Part shown: one piece after another, positions 41,623-54,476 of the stretch
How the letters are laid out: every line of letters starts with the position of its first letter
Numbering within the stretch: the stretch's first letter is position 1
Assembly (NCBI GenBank): GCA_964016885.1
Contig: OZ024742.1
Location: forward strand, 210,924,001 to 210,988,000
Source of the DNA: Eledone cirrhosa
Taxonomy: Eukaryota
Direction of reading: 5' to 3'
DNA length: 64,000 nucleotides
Translations under genes and position numbers: made by a program
Notes under the pieces: generated by a model
Databases searched by the model: none
What the model saw: only the letters and a program-made list of their open reading frames with translations
What the model was told of the DNA's origin: nothing

Positions 41623-44600
41623 ATGCACCAAAGTCTCAACAAAACAACAACTCACTGAACCAGGACATCTTAAATGAACTCAAAGAGATTTCCTCTAAAC
41701 TCTCAATTTTGACCAACAAAGTGGACCAAATACACATCTATAAAAAAGGACCCACGAAGAAACAGAAAATACCCAAGAGACGAATATTGCTCCAGTATTA
41801 ACTAAGCTAATCGAAACCATTGAAACAGCAATGCTCCAAAAGCTGGAACAACTGTTAGAACACAATCTACGAGATGTCCACTCAGTGAAAAACACCCTAA
41901 TCAACATATGGACTCAAAAGCTCACAGCCCGCAAATTCGCCCTTTGGAATCTCCTAAAAAATAATGGCAAGGCAGACATATATGAAAAGTGGCTAAACTG
42001 TACCCCAATTATCCTCCCCAAAAAACTCCAAATAAAACCCATCCCGAATGAACCAGAAAACCAACAAAGACTTAGGGAAAAGATGGCATTGGAAAAATTT
42101 AAAACAGAAATAGAACTGTTGCGGTTAAGAGCCAACTCCAACGAAGAAAAATTCAAGTCACTCGACCAACAGATGGACACAGAAATCTCAAAGCACTCTG
42201 AAGGCCTACTCTACAAAAAAAACCTAAAACTTTGGGAAAGAAAACTGTGAGGATGAAGAACTAACATCCCTCCAGTGATGGGAAAAAACACCACCTGGTT
42301 CAACAACTACGAAATGGACTTCAAAAATGAACAACATACAGGTAACCCATTTTTAAAACAAACTAAAACTCACACACCACATGCACAACAAATAACAAAA
42401 AAAGTAACAAAACGTCCAACATACCCCCAGCAAAACTATAACGATAATCCCAGAAACCATAGACAAAACTATAACCCTACTAACAAAAACCAAAGATCCC
42501 GAACACAAGGCAGGACCTGATCCGCAGATCACAACCCACACAAAACCTATTCCAAAACCGTAGACCCCTGCCCACACAGAGCCTGTTCCAAAACCGTAGA
42601 TCCCAACCCACACAAAGGAACAAAATCTACAACCCGGACTATCAACAAACTGAACCTCAATACATCCGAAACTTCTATACAAGACCACACAACAACAGGG
42701 GAAATACCATTAGATATAATAATACCATTGAAAAAACATTCCAGAAAAATCATTTTTTAGACCAAGGCTACAGGACTCACGACACCCGGTGGCACAAACC
42801 GATTTTGAAAACCGAAAATAATTAACATTTCAAATACAAACCTCTCAGCCTAACAAGTAAAATTCTCTCCAAAGGACTGAAATTCACACCAACCACAATA
42901 CCCTAACCCCAACGAGATAAATGACGATATCTCACACTTCTGTAGAAAATTACGTCTCACAGAGGAATTCTTTGACAAGGAGAATAACGACGAATCAATT
43001 GTACGGAATAAAAGCAGCTACAACCCAACAAAAGGTAGAAACAGAGTTCTGGACAAATTTTGTGACCACATAGCTACCTTCCCATACCATGAACTACCGC
43101 AACCTAAACCCAAACCCAACACGAGTCGAAAGGAATGGGAGATTATCCATGAACTAAAAAACAATACGGACATTATAATTAAGGAAGCGGACAAGGGAAG
43201 TACTGTTGTCATTATGGAGGCTGAAAAATATAAAAATTCTATGTTCTCTCTCTTACAAAATACTAATTACTATGAAAGAGTAAAAAACTACCAGCAATCA
43301 AAATTAATGACCAAATTAAACACACTGATTTATCGATACCAGGAAGACCTAACTAAAAAGGAATACAAAACCAGCAACCTTTACGGACTTCCGAAGATCC
43401 ACAAGTGTAAAATAATCAACGATGCCTGTAAACAATCCACCTCAGCCTGCGTGAACACACAATACCCCACAGACCTTAAATTAAGACCAATTGTAGCGGG
43501 CCCACAATGTGAAACACACAGATTGAGCAACTTTATAGACATACTACTGAAACCAATACTGAAACACATACCAAGCCTTGTAAGAGACGATCTGGACCTC
43601 TTAAACCATATCCCAAACATGTCAACAAAGACACTATTATTGTGTCTTTCGATGTAGTGAATCTCTACACAACGATCCCACACCAATACGGACTAGAAGC
43701 AATAGGATTCTGGCTAGAGAAATATCCCAATGAGATACCTGACAGAATAGAAAAAAGCTTCATCACCGAGGGATTAAAATTCATCTTACAGAACAACTTT
43801 TTTGATTTCGATGGCAATACTTACAAGCAAATATCGGGGACTGCGATGGGTACAAAAGCCGCTCCAACTTATGCCAACTTAGTCATGGCATACTTAGAAG
43901 TCCAGATATATGAACAGTCCAAATCAAAATACGGATTGAACTTCCACAAATATTTATCAGAGAATTGGAAACGCTACTTGGATGATTGCCTCATTCTTTG
44001 GTCCCACACACTCGACCAACTGAAGGATTTCAAAAACTTAATAAACGGCATCAATAACCACATCCAATTCACAATGGAATACAGTCAAGATCAACTCCCA
44101 TTTCTGGACATCTTAATCTTAAAAAAAGACACAAATATCGAAACTGACATACACTACAAACCAACAGATTCCAAACAATATCTGTTATTCACCTCCAACC
44201 ATCCAAAGCACATGAAGACGAACATTCCTTTTAACCTAGCAAGAAGAATTTGCACAATTGTCTCCAATTATGAAACGCGAAATAAAAGACTTCAAGAATT
44301 AAAGGAAATTCTACTCGAGAGAGAGTACCCACTATTACTAATAAATAATGGAATAGAAAGGGCTAAAGCAATAGGCATTGATGAATTACGGAAACAGAAA
44401 CAAATTCAAGGTACGTCCAATATTCTATCATATATCTCAACACACAACCCAAGAAATGCGGAAGCTTACAACACTATTCACAATAACATCCCACTACTAA
44501 AACAAAACCCAAGAATGAAAAAAGCCCTTGAAACACACAAAATAATCAAAAGCAAAAGACAACCAAAATCACTGAAAACATTACTCACCAATGCCAAATT

Positions 44601-45030
44601 ACCTACCACAAACCCACAACCAAGTATCAAAAATTGTGGTCGCTCTAATTGTGGAACCTGCACTCACCTCATTGAAGGCAACACGTATACATTTAAATCA
44701 GGACAAAATTTTACTGTAAAAAATCACTTCACTTGCTCATCAAAAAATATACTTTATGCCATTAAATGTAAAGGATGCAATGAAGATTATATAGGACAAA
44801 CTAAACTCACACTCAGAAACAGAATGACAGTTCATCACCAACAATTACGAGATCCAACCACGAGACAGATACCACTAAGTGCACATCTAGACATTTGCGC
44901 AAGTAATAAGACACCCAAATTCCAAGTCTTCCCATTTTACCTTTGCGCTAACAATACAACAGAACAAATGCGAATAAATAAGGAAAATATGTTTATTCAA
45001 AAATATAGACCAACATCAAATATGGTTTAA
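41623..45030 (+). pseudogene. PLE RT/GIY-YIG ORF with frameshifts
   Basis: 'LSKGLKFTP', 'KEADKG', 'YGLPKIHK', 'RPIVAG', 'SFDVVNLYT', 'GTAMG', 'RYLDD', 'PFLD', 'CGRSNCGTC', 'ILYAIKC..YIGQT..R..H'. Confidence 0.9.
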
Positions 45031-46566
45031 TATACACTATGTCAACACCATAATATGACATACACACACACACATAACACCTACTTTAGAAAATAAAACC
45101 CGAACTAAATAAACCTTAACATACGTTTGCACTGAGAATACAACAGAGCAAATACGAATAAGGAAAATATGTTCATTCAAAAATATTCCTACTAAAGGAA
45201 TCATTTTCCTACACACACACACACACAATATATATATATATATTCTCTTCATCTTAACATGCTAACCATACTCCCACACACATAACACCCATACACACAC
45301 ATAACAACCCCCACACCCACAACTCCCTCCCCCATTTCTACTAATAGAACCACTTTCCTACACACATATATATACAAAATATATATTCTCTCCATCTTAA
45401 CATACTCGCACACACACACATAACACCCATATACACACACACACACAACTCCCTCCCCCATTTCTACTAATAGAATCATCTTCCAATACACACATACACA
45501 CACATACACACACACAAGCACACAAATAAACATACATATCTTCACTTCAATAGAAAATCTGAACTCTGACACCCCAGCGAACTAACCATATTCACTGAAC
45601 CAGAACAATTCTCCCAATCCCATTTCTCTTGACCACTATCTTTCCATTGTCATAAATTCTCTATAAAGGCTACAGAATAGTTTTCCAAATAAGGGCGCAA
45701 AAATGTAATGAAAACTTGTTCACGTGACAGCCAAATTTCATTTATAACCAATCAAATCACGTTTATTAAAAAAAAGCCTTCGTGAGCCACCTTTTTAAAG
45801 TAAAGAAATTCAAACACACACACACACAACACACACACACACACACACACAAGCACACAAATAAACATACATATCTTTACTTTCTTTATTCAATAGAAAA
45901 TCTGAATTCTGACACCCCAGCGAACTAACCATATTCACTGAACCAGAACAATTCTCCCATCCCTTTCTCTTGACCATTATCTTTCACTTATCATAAAATT
46001 CTCTAAAAAGGCTACAGAATGGATTTCCAAATAAGGGCACAAAATTTAATGAAAACTTGTTCACGTGATAGCCATAATTTCATTTATAACCAACCAATAA
46101 AAAGCCTACGTGAGCCCCTTTTTTCAAGTAAAAAAGAAATTCAAACACTCATATATGAAAAAACAACCTGTGACAACCCCCCCCCCCTCTTATTTGAAGA
46201 ACTATTGTAACGCGAACTGGCGTGAAATTTATTATAATTATTGACAAACCAATCAAATTACTTCTCGAAAAACCTGGCATTTTGAGCCACTTTTTCCATA
46301 TAAAACAAGTAACATTCAGAGACCAACCAGATGTGAGAAAAACCACAGACCCTCCATCTCAACTCACCTTTTGAAAAGCAGAAGAACTGCGATGAAAAGC
46401 AGAAGAACTGCGAAACCGGTAAAGGAACCAATAAATATATATATTTTTTTAAAAATAAGACTCCAGTTGCATTTTCGATTTCATCTCTTTTTCTTTATAC
46501 TTTCACTCGTGTAGGACACCTCGGTTATTTTTCATTTTGTAAAAAAAACCTCACTTTCTAATATAT

Positions 46567-46680
46567 ATTATATATATATATATTATATATATATATATTA
46601 TATATATATAATTATATATATATATATATATAATATAATATATATTATATATATATATATATATATTATATATAATATAT

Positions 46681-46714
<34 letters not shown>

Positions 46715-47443
46715 ATATATTATATATATATATTATATTATATATATATTATATATATATATTATATATATTATATATATATATTATATATCATATATAT
46801 ATATTATATATATATTTTTTATATATATATATTTTATATATATTATATATATATATTTTATATATATTATATATATATATATTATATATATATATTTTAT
46901 ATATATTATATATATATATATTATATATATATATTTTATATATATAATATATTATATATATATATATTATATATATATATTTTATATATATAATATATTA
47001 TATATATATATATTATATATATATATTTTATATATATAATATATTATATATATATATATTATATATATATATATTATATATATATATATTATATATATAA
47101 TATATATATAATATATATATATTATATATATATTATATATATATTATATATATATATTATATATATATATATATATTATATATATATATATATTATATAT
47201 ATATATTATATATATATATAATATATATATTATATATATATATATATATTTTATATATATATATGGAGGCACATGGCATCCAACTGTAGAAATCAAGCCA
47301 GAATCAGTTCCCGTCCTACCCTTGCAAGCAGGGAAAAGCGGACGTAAAATGAAATGATGATGATGATATATATATATTATATATATATTATATATATATT
47401 CTATTTATATATTATATATATATATATATTATATATATATTAT

Positions 47444-47494
<51 letters not shown>

Positions 47495-47505
47495 TATTTA
47501 TATAT

Positions 47506-47602
<97 letters not shown>

Positions 47603-48258
47603 CATATATTCTATATATATTATATTTATATATATATATTATATATATATTATATTTATATATATATATTATATATATTATATATATATTATATATATAT
47701 TATATTTATATATGTATATTATATATATTATATATATATTATATTTATATATGTATATTATATATATTATATATATATTATATATATATATTATATATAT
47801 ATATTATATTTATATATATATATTATATATATATTATATATATATTATATATATTATATATATATATATATATTATTTATATATATATATATATATATTA
47901 TTTATATATATTATATATATATATTATATATATTATTTATATATATATATTATATATATATATATATTATTTATATATATTATATATATATATTATATAT
48001 ATATATTATATATATATATTATATATATATATTATATATATATATATTATATATATTATATATATATATTATTTATATATATTATTTATATATATATATA
48101 TTATATATATATATATTATATATATATATATTATATATATTATATATATTATATATATATATATTATATATATATATATATTATATATATATATATTATA
48201 TATATATATATTATATATATATATATTATATATATATATATATTATATATATATATTA

Positions 48259-48313
<55 letters not shown>

Positions 48314-48369
48314 TATATATATATATATTATATATATTATATATATTATATATATATATATTATATATA
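46567..48369. repeat. (TA)n tract
   Basis: Seen directly. Confidence 0.95.
47265..47368 (+). mobile_element. Internally deleted SINE family A
   Basis: First 13 nt 'ggaggcacatggc' joined through GGC to the 3' tail. Confidence 0.75.
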
Positions 48370-51072
48370 GATAATTAATATATCAACTAACATAAGCGCA
48401 CAGATGCACGCCCATGCCAGCAAATACACAGGTTATGTCATAGTACCTAGGTGGTTCAATGCAGGAGAATGCAGAACAATAATATAAAGGACGTAAAATA
48501 AGAAAATATTTTTTTAAAAAAAATTAAAAAAAAATTTTTTTCTTACTTAAATTTTCACTCCAACTAATTAGTTTCTGCAATGGGATAAAGACAGTTACGT
48601 AATCCAACTGTCGAGAATTCATTGCGTCATCAGGAAGTCTATTCTCAGTTAAGTCTCCAGGCAATGCGCGGACACTGGCGGCTCATATAAAAATAATAAT
48701 AATTCGGTAGATCGAACAGCTTGCGAGGACTGGATTCTATGTACCGAAATTCTCACTGCTTCAAGTCAAATGGCCGATTCTAAAGAATCAATCACGTGAC
48801 ACAGAGGCTAGTTAGAAGGAATGGGATGGTAAGATGACTGACGCCTACTAACACCCCAAAAAAAATTTTTTTAGAAGTGGTTTTGACAAGTTTGCTCGAC
48901 AAATCAGTGATTTGGAGATAAATATAGATAATTTAATATATCAACTAACATAAGCGCACAGATGCACGCCCATGCCAGCAAATACACAGGTTATGTCATA
49001 GTACCTAGGTGGTTCAATGCAGGAGAATGCAGAACAATAATATAAAGGACGTAAAATAAGAAAATATTTTTTTAAAAAAAATTAAAAAAAATTTTTTTCT
49101 TACTTAAATTTTCACTCCAACTAATTAGTTTCTGCAATGGGATAAAGACAGTTACGTAATCCAACTGTCGAGAATTCATTGCGTCATCAGGAAGTCTATT
49201 CTCAGTTAAGTCTCCAGGCAATGCGCGGACACTGGCGGCTCATATAAAAATAATAATAATTCGGTAGATCGAACAGCTTGCGAGGACTGGATTCTATGTA
49301 CCGAAATTCTCACTTCTAAAGAATCAATCACGTGACACAGAGGCTAGTTAGAAGGAATGGGATGGTAAGATGACTGACGCCTACTAAACACCCAAAAAAA
49401 TTTTTTTAGAAGTGGTTTTGACAAGTTTGCTCGACAAATCAGTGATTTGGAGATAAATATAGATAATTTAATATATCAACTAACATAAGCGCACAGATGC
49501 ACGCCCCATGCCAGCAAATACACAGGTTATGTCATAGTACCTAGGTGGTTCAATGCAGGAGAATGCAGAACAATAATATAAAGGACGTAAAATAAGAAAA
49601 TATTTTTTTTAAAAAAATTTTAAAAAAATTTTTTTCTTACTTAAATTTTCACTCCAACTAATTAGTTTCTGCAATGGGATAAAGACAGTTACGTAATCCA
49701 ACTGTCGAGAATTCATTGCGTCATCAGGAAGTCTATTCTCAGTTAAGTCTCCAGGCAATGCGCGGGACACTGGCGGCTCATATAAAAATAATAATAATTC
49801 GGTAGATCGAACAGCTTGCGAGGACTGGATTCTATGTACCGAAATTCTCACTGCTTCAAGTCAAATGGCCGATTCTAAAGAATCAATCACGTGACACAGA
49901 GGCTAGTTAGAAGGAATGGGATGTAAGATGACTGACGCCTACTAACACCCCAAAAAAAATTTTTTTAGAAGTGGTTTTGACAAGTTTGCTCGACAAATCA
50001 GTGATTTGGAGATAAATATAGATAATTTAATATATCAACTAACATAAGCGCACAGATGCACGCCCATGCCAGCAAATACACAGGTTATGTCATAGTACCT
50101 AGGTGGTTCAATGCAGGAGAATGCAGAACAATAATATAAAGGACGTAAAATAAGAAAATATTTTTTTAAAAAAAATTTAAAAAAAATTTTTTTCTTACTT
50201 AAATTTTCACTCCAACTAATTAGTTTCTGCAATGGGATAAAGACAGTTACGTAATCCAACTGTCGAGAATTCATTGCGTCATCAGGAAGTCTATTCTCAG
50301 TTAAGTCTCCAGGCAATGCGCGGACACTGGCGGCTCATATAAAAATAATAATAATTCGGTAGATCGAACAGCTTGCGAGGACTGGATTCTATGTACCGAA
50401 ATTCTCACTGCTTCAAGTCAAATGGCCGATTCTAAAGAATCAATCACGTGACACAGAGGCTAGTTAGAAGGAATGGGATGGTAAGATGACTGACGCCTAC
50501 TTTACGTCCTTTATATTATTGTTCTGCATTCTCCTGCATTGAACCACCTAGGTACTATGACATAACCTGTGTATTTGCTGGCATGGGCGTGCATCTGTGC
50601 GCTTATGTTAGTTGATATATTAAATTATCTATATTTATCTCCAAATCACTGATTTGTCGAGCAAACTTGTCAAAACCACTTCTAAAAAAATTTTTTTTGG
50701 GGTGTTAGTAGGCGTCAGTCATCTTACCATCCCATTCCTTCTAACTAGCCTCTGTGTCACGTGATTGATTCTTTAGAATCGGCCATTTGACTTGAAGCAG
50801 TGAGAATTTCGGTACATAGAATCCAGTCCTCGCAAGCTGTTCGATCTACCGAATTATTATTATTTTTATATGAGCCGCCAGTGTCCGCGCATTGCCTGGA
50901 GACTTAACTGAGAATAGACTTCCTGATGACGCAATGAATTCTCGACAGTTGGATTACGTAACTGTCTTTATCCCATTGCAGAAACTAATTAGTTGGAGTG
51001 AAAATTTAAGTAAGAAAAAAATTTTTTTTTAATTTTTTTAAAAAAATATTTTCTTATTTTACGTCCTTTATA
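48370..51072 (-). mobile_element. Tandem array of ~557-bp HHR monomers (3.9 copies) plus one inverted monomer; retrozyme-like
   Basis: Units start at 48370, 48927, 49462 and 50021; inversion at 50500/50501; no ORF; one HHR per unit. Confidence 0.92.
50918..50999 (+). ncRNA. Type I hammerhead ribozyme (minus-strand copies start at 48557, 49114, 49651, 50209)
   Basis: acttc-CTGATGA-cGCAATG..GACAGTT..AACTGTC..CATTGCa-GAAA-CTAATTAG-TT-ggagt. Confidence 0.82.
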
Positions 51073-51520
51073 TATATTATATATATATATATTATATATA
51101 TATATATTATATATATATATATATTATATATATATATATATTATATATATATATATTATATATATATATATTATATATATATATATTATATATATATATA
51201 TATTATATATATTATATATATATATATATATTATATATATATATATTATATATATATATTATATATATATATATTATATATATATATATATTATATATAT
51301 TATATATATATATTATATATATATATTATATATATATATTATATATATATATATATTATATATATATATATATTATATATATTATATATATATATTATAT
51401 ATATATATTATATATATATATTATATATATATATATATTATATATATTATATATATATATTATATATATATATTATATATATATATATATATTATATATA
51501 TATATATATATTATATATAT

Positions 51521-51552
<32 letters not shown>

Positions 51553-51733
51553 TATATATATATATATATATTATATATATATATATATTATATATATTAT
51601 ATATATATATATTATATATATATATATATATTATATATATATATATATATTATATATATTATATATATATATATATATTATATATATATATATATATTAT
51701 ATATATTATATATATATATATTATATATATATA

Positions 51734-51776
<43 letters not shown>

Positions 51777-51803
51777 ATATATATTATATATATATATATA
51801 TAT

Positions 51804-51835
<32 letters not shown>

Positions 51836-51858
51836 ATATATTATATATATATATATAT

Positions 51859-51897
<39 letters not shown>

Positions 51898-51948
51898 TAT
51901 ATATATATATTATATATTATATATATATATATATATTATATATATATA

Positions 51949-51999
<51 letters not shown>

Positions 52000-52010
52000 A
52001 TATATTATAT

Positions 52011-52042
<32 letters not shown>

Positions 52043-52060
52043 ATATATTATATATTATAT

Positions 52061-52092
<32 letters not shown>

Positions 52093-52180
52093 ATATATTA
52101 TATATTATATATATATATTATATATATATATTATATATATATATATATATTATATATATATATATATATTATATATATAT
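51073..52180. repeat. (TA)n tract
   Basis: Seen directly. Confidence 0.95.
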
Positions 52181-52338
52181 ACAAGCAAATTATAAATGTA
52201 AACATGTAAGTATGTTTTTGAAACGGTGCGCGAGTTTGAAAATTAGAAATTATAAGCTTTCACCGTATTTTAGACTAAAGAAATTTCTCACCTGATAGTG
52301 GGGTTTATAACCCTCGGAGAAATGGAAAAAGATGAGTG

Positions 52339-52410
52339 TTGCCGTACATGGGAGTCGAACCCACATCTTTGGTTATCCAGACCAATGTGCTACCATTACA
52401 CCAATACACA
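52339..52410 (-). pseudogene. tRNA-like sequence (pseudo-tRNA or SINE head)
   Basis: TGGTGTAATGG A box, TTGGT-CTGGATA-ACCAA arm, GGTTCGACTCC T-loop; acceptor stem imperfect. Confidence 0.55.
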
Positions 52411-52868
52411 TCCCGTCTCCTTCCATTCGAATTAGAAGCTATGAACTTAGCAAGTGAATGATAAACAAGCAAATTATAAATGTAAACATGTAAGTTTACA
52501 TCTTTTTCCATTTCTCCGAGCAATCTCTATTTAAATTTTACATTTTACGTTTACTTGTCCCTCATTGCAAAATGGTCATAAATTCAAATTTTGAAAAGAG
52601 AGGAAAAGGGACAATTGAACTATGAACTTGATACATCTCACTGTCCCCCACCCCCCACCCCGCCACCATAATGTCTACACTCGCTCCCCACCACATAACT
52701 CATTACCTTATCTACACTAAGTGTCTGACCTGTTGACAAACTCCTTTCTCTGTGTGTGTGTGTATATATGTATATATATATATATATATATCTCAGTCGA
52801 TGTGACCAGATTTCAACACAGCAACAACAACAACAGCATATATATATGTATGTATGTATATATATATA

Positions 52869-53214
52869 TGGAGGAAGTTATAGTTCACTTGAAGCATTGT
52901 GTAATGAGGTATAAACGTTTGAATTTCTAAAGCCAAACAATACAGGTATGGACATAGAATAAAAAAAATGCAAATGCAAAAGATAGTCTTTTACCTTAGA
53001 TTTATTTAAATGTCCTTAATTTTCAAGATAATATCTCTTCTTCAGAGGGAAGTAAAGCGGTTAAACCAGTGTTCTAAATAGCTTGCAAGCTATTTAGAAC
53101 ACTGGTTTAAATAAATCTAAAGTAAAAGACTAATTGTCAACAATATCTTTTGCATTTGCATTTTTTTTTATTCTATGTCCATACCTGCATTGTTTGGCTT
53201 TACAAATTCAAACG

Positions 53215-53219
<5 letters not shown>
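52869..53219 (-). mobile_element. Non-coding foldback element with minimal HHR (53014-53048, minus)
   Basis: Palindrome centred at 53085/53086; cct-CTGAAGA-a-GAGATattATCTT-GAAA-AT-TA-agg; ~40-nt one-sided tail. Confidence 0.78.
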
Positions 53220-53257
<38 letters not shown>

Positions 53258-53859
53258 TGACCTGTTGCTAAACTCCTTTCTCTGTGTTGAATGTGTGTGT
53301 ACATATATATATATATATATATATAGTAAAATAACGGAGCAAAAGACCTGCGTATAATCCTGTAATTAAATGAGCTCAAAGGAAAGAGTTTTCCTGGGCA
53401 CTTTAAAATACAATATATAGAGGGGAAAGACACAGAAGAGTGTGTTTTTCTTTACAGGAATTTCAAACCACCAGCGTGAAGAGAATATAAGCTACTAGAG
53501 GCATTGGTAAAACATTAAAATTAAAATTATAAATTGAAATGAGAAACCAACCTCACCTAAATCACACATGTACACACTTACCAGGAGCATGTTTCGCCAT
53601 TTTAGTGGGTTCCAATTCGGCCCGGTGGGTCATCAGTATGTGGAAGGCCGATATTGTCCGCACTACTAGAGAGAACTTAAGTAAACTACCCTTTGCACGT
53701 ATAGACATAAGGGAAATGCGTGAGCGGGGCAGTAACCGGTGGCATTAACAGAACAAGCTGCTAGAAATGGCAGCCTATACTATTCAATTTATGGTGCTCA
53801 ACATATATATGTGTGTGTGTATATATATATATCTCAGTCGATACGACCAGATTTCAATA

Positions 53860-53943
53860 CAGCAACAACAACTACAACAACAGCAACTACAATGACAGCA
53901 ACTGCAACAGCAACAACACCATTGTCTGTGTTGAATGTGTGTG

Positions 53944-53982
<39 letters not shown>

Positions 53983-54145
53983 ATATCACACACGCGAAGC
54001 GACCAAATTTCAAAATTTCAACCCACCAACTACAACAACAGCATCTGCAACAGCAGCATCAGTGAAATGAACAACAACAACGGCAGCAACAACAACAACG
54101 ACAACTGCCATCACTGACACAATCCACCACCACCACCATCACCAG
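53860..54145. repeat. (CAA/CAG)n, (TG)n and (CAC)n simple repeats
   Basis: Seen directly. Confidence 0.85.
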
Positions 54146-54476
54146 CGATCAGGCCTTAAGAAGAAGAAAACAACTATAATACTAAATAACTATTCTGTTC
54201 TTGGCACGGGGCAGCGATTGTCCCAGCGCATTGCTGGTGCCTTGTTTTGGGGCCTGGAGCGTGGTGGGCTGTTGCTCTATGCTGTAAAGCAAACAATTAT
54301 TATTATTATATAAAAACTGAACTGTAAAAGTCAACAGTTGACATGATCTTATATCAGTACTGACGGTAATATATGTATGTGTATGTGTGAGTGGCGTGTG
54401 TGTGTGTTTCTATGCATGAGTGTTGGTGTGTGAGTGGTGTGTGTGTTTGTATGCATGAGTGTTTTTTTGTTATGAC

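Larger units (their letters stand above)
41313..46566 (+). mobile_element. Full-length but frameshifted Neptune-like PLE with direct pLTRs
   Basis: 41313-41600 is directly repeated at 46259-46566; RT and GIY-YIG frames inside; (TA)n flanks. Confidence 0.9.

Noticed and set aside
48370-50500. CRISPR-like array or plain satellite
   Set aside because: No unique spacers, eukaryotic context; the HHR in every unit and the inverted arm argue for a retro-element.
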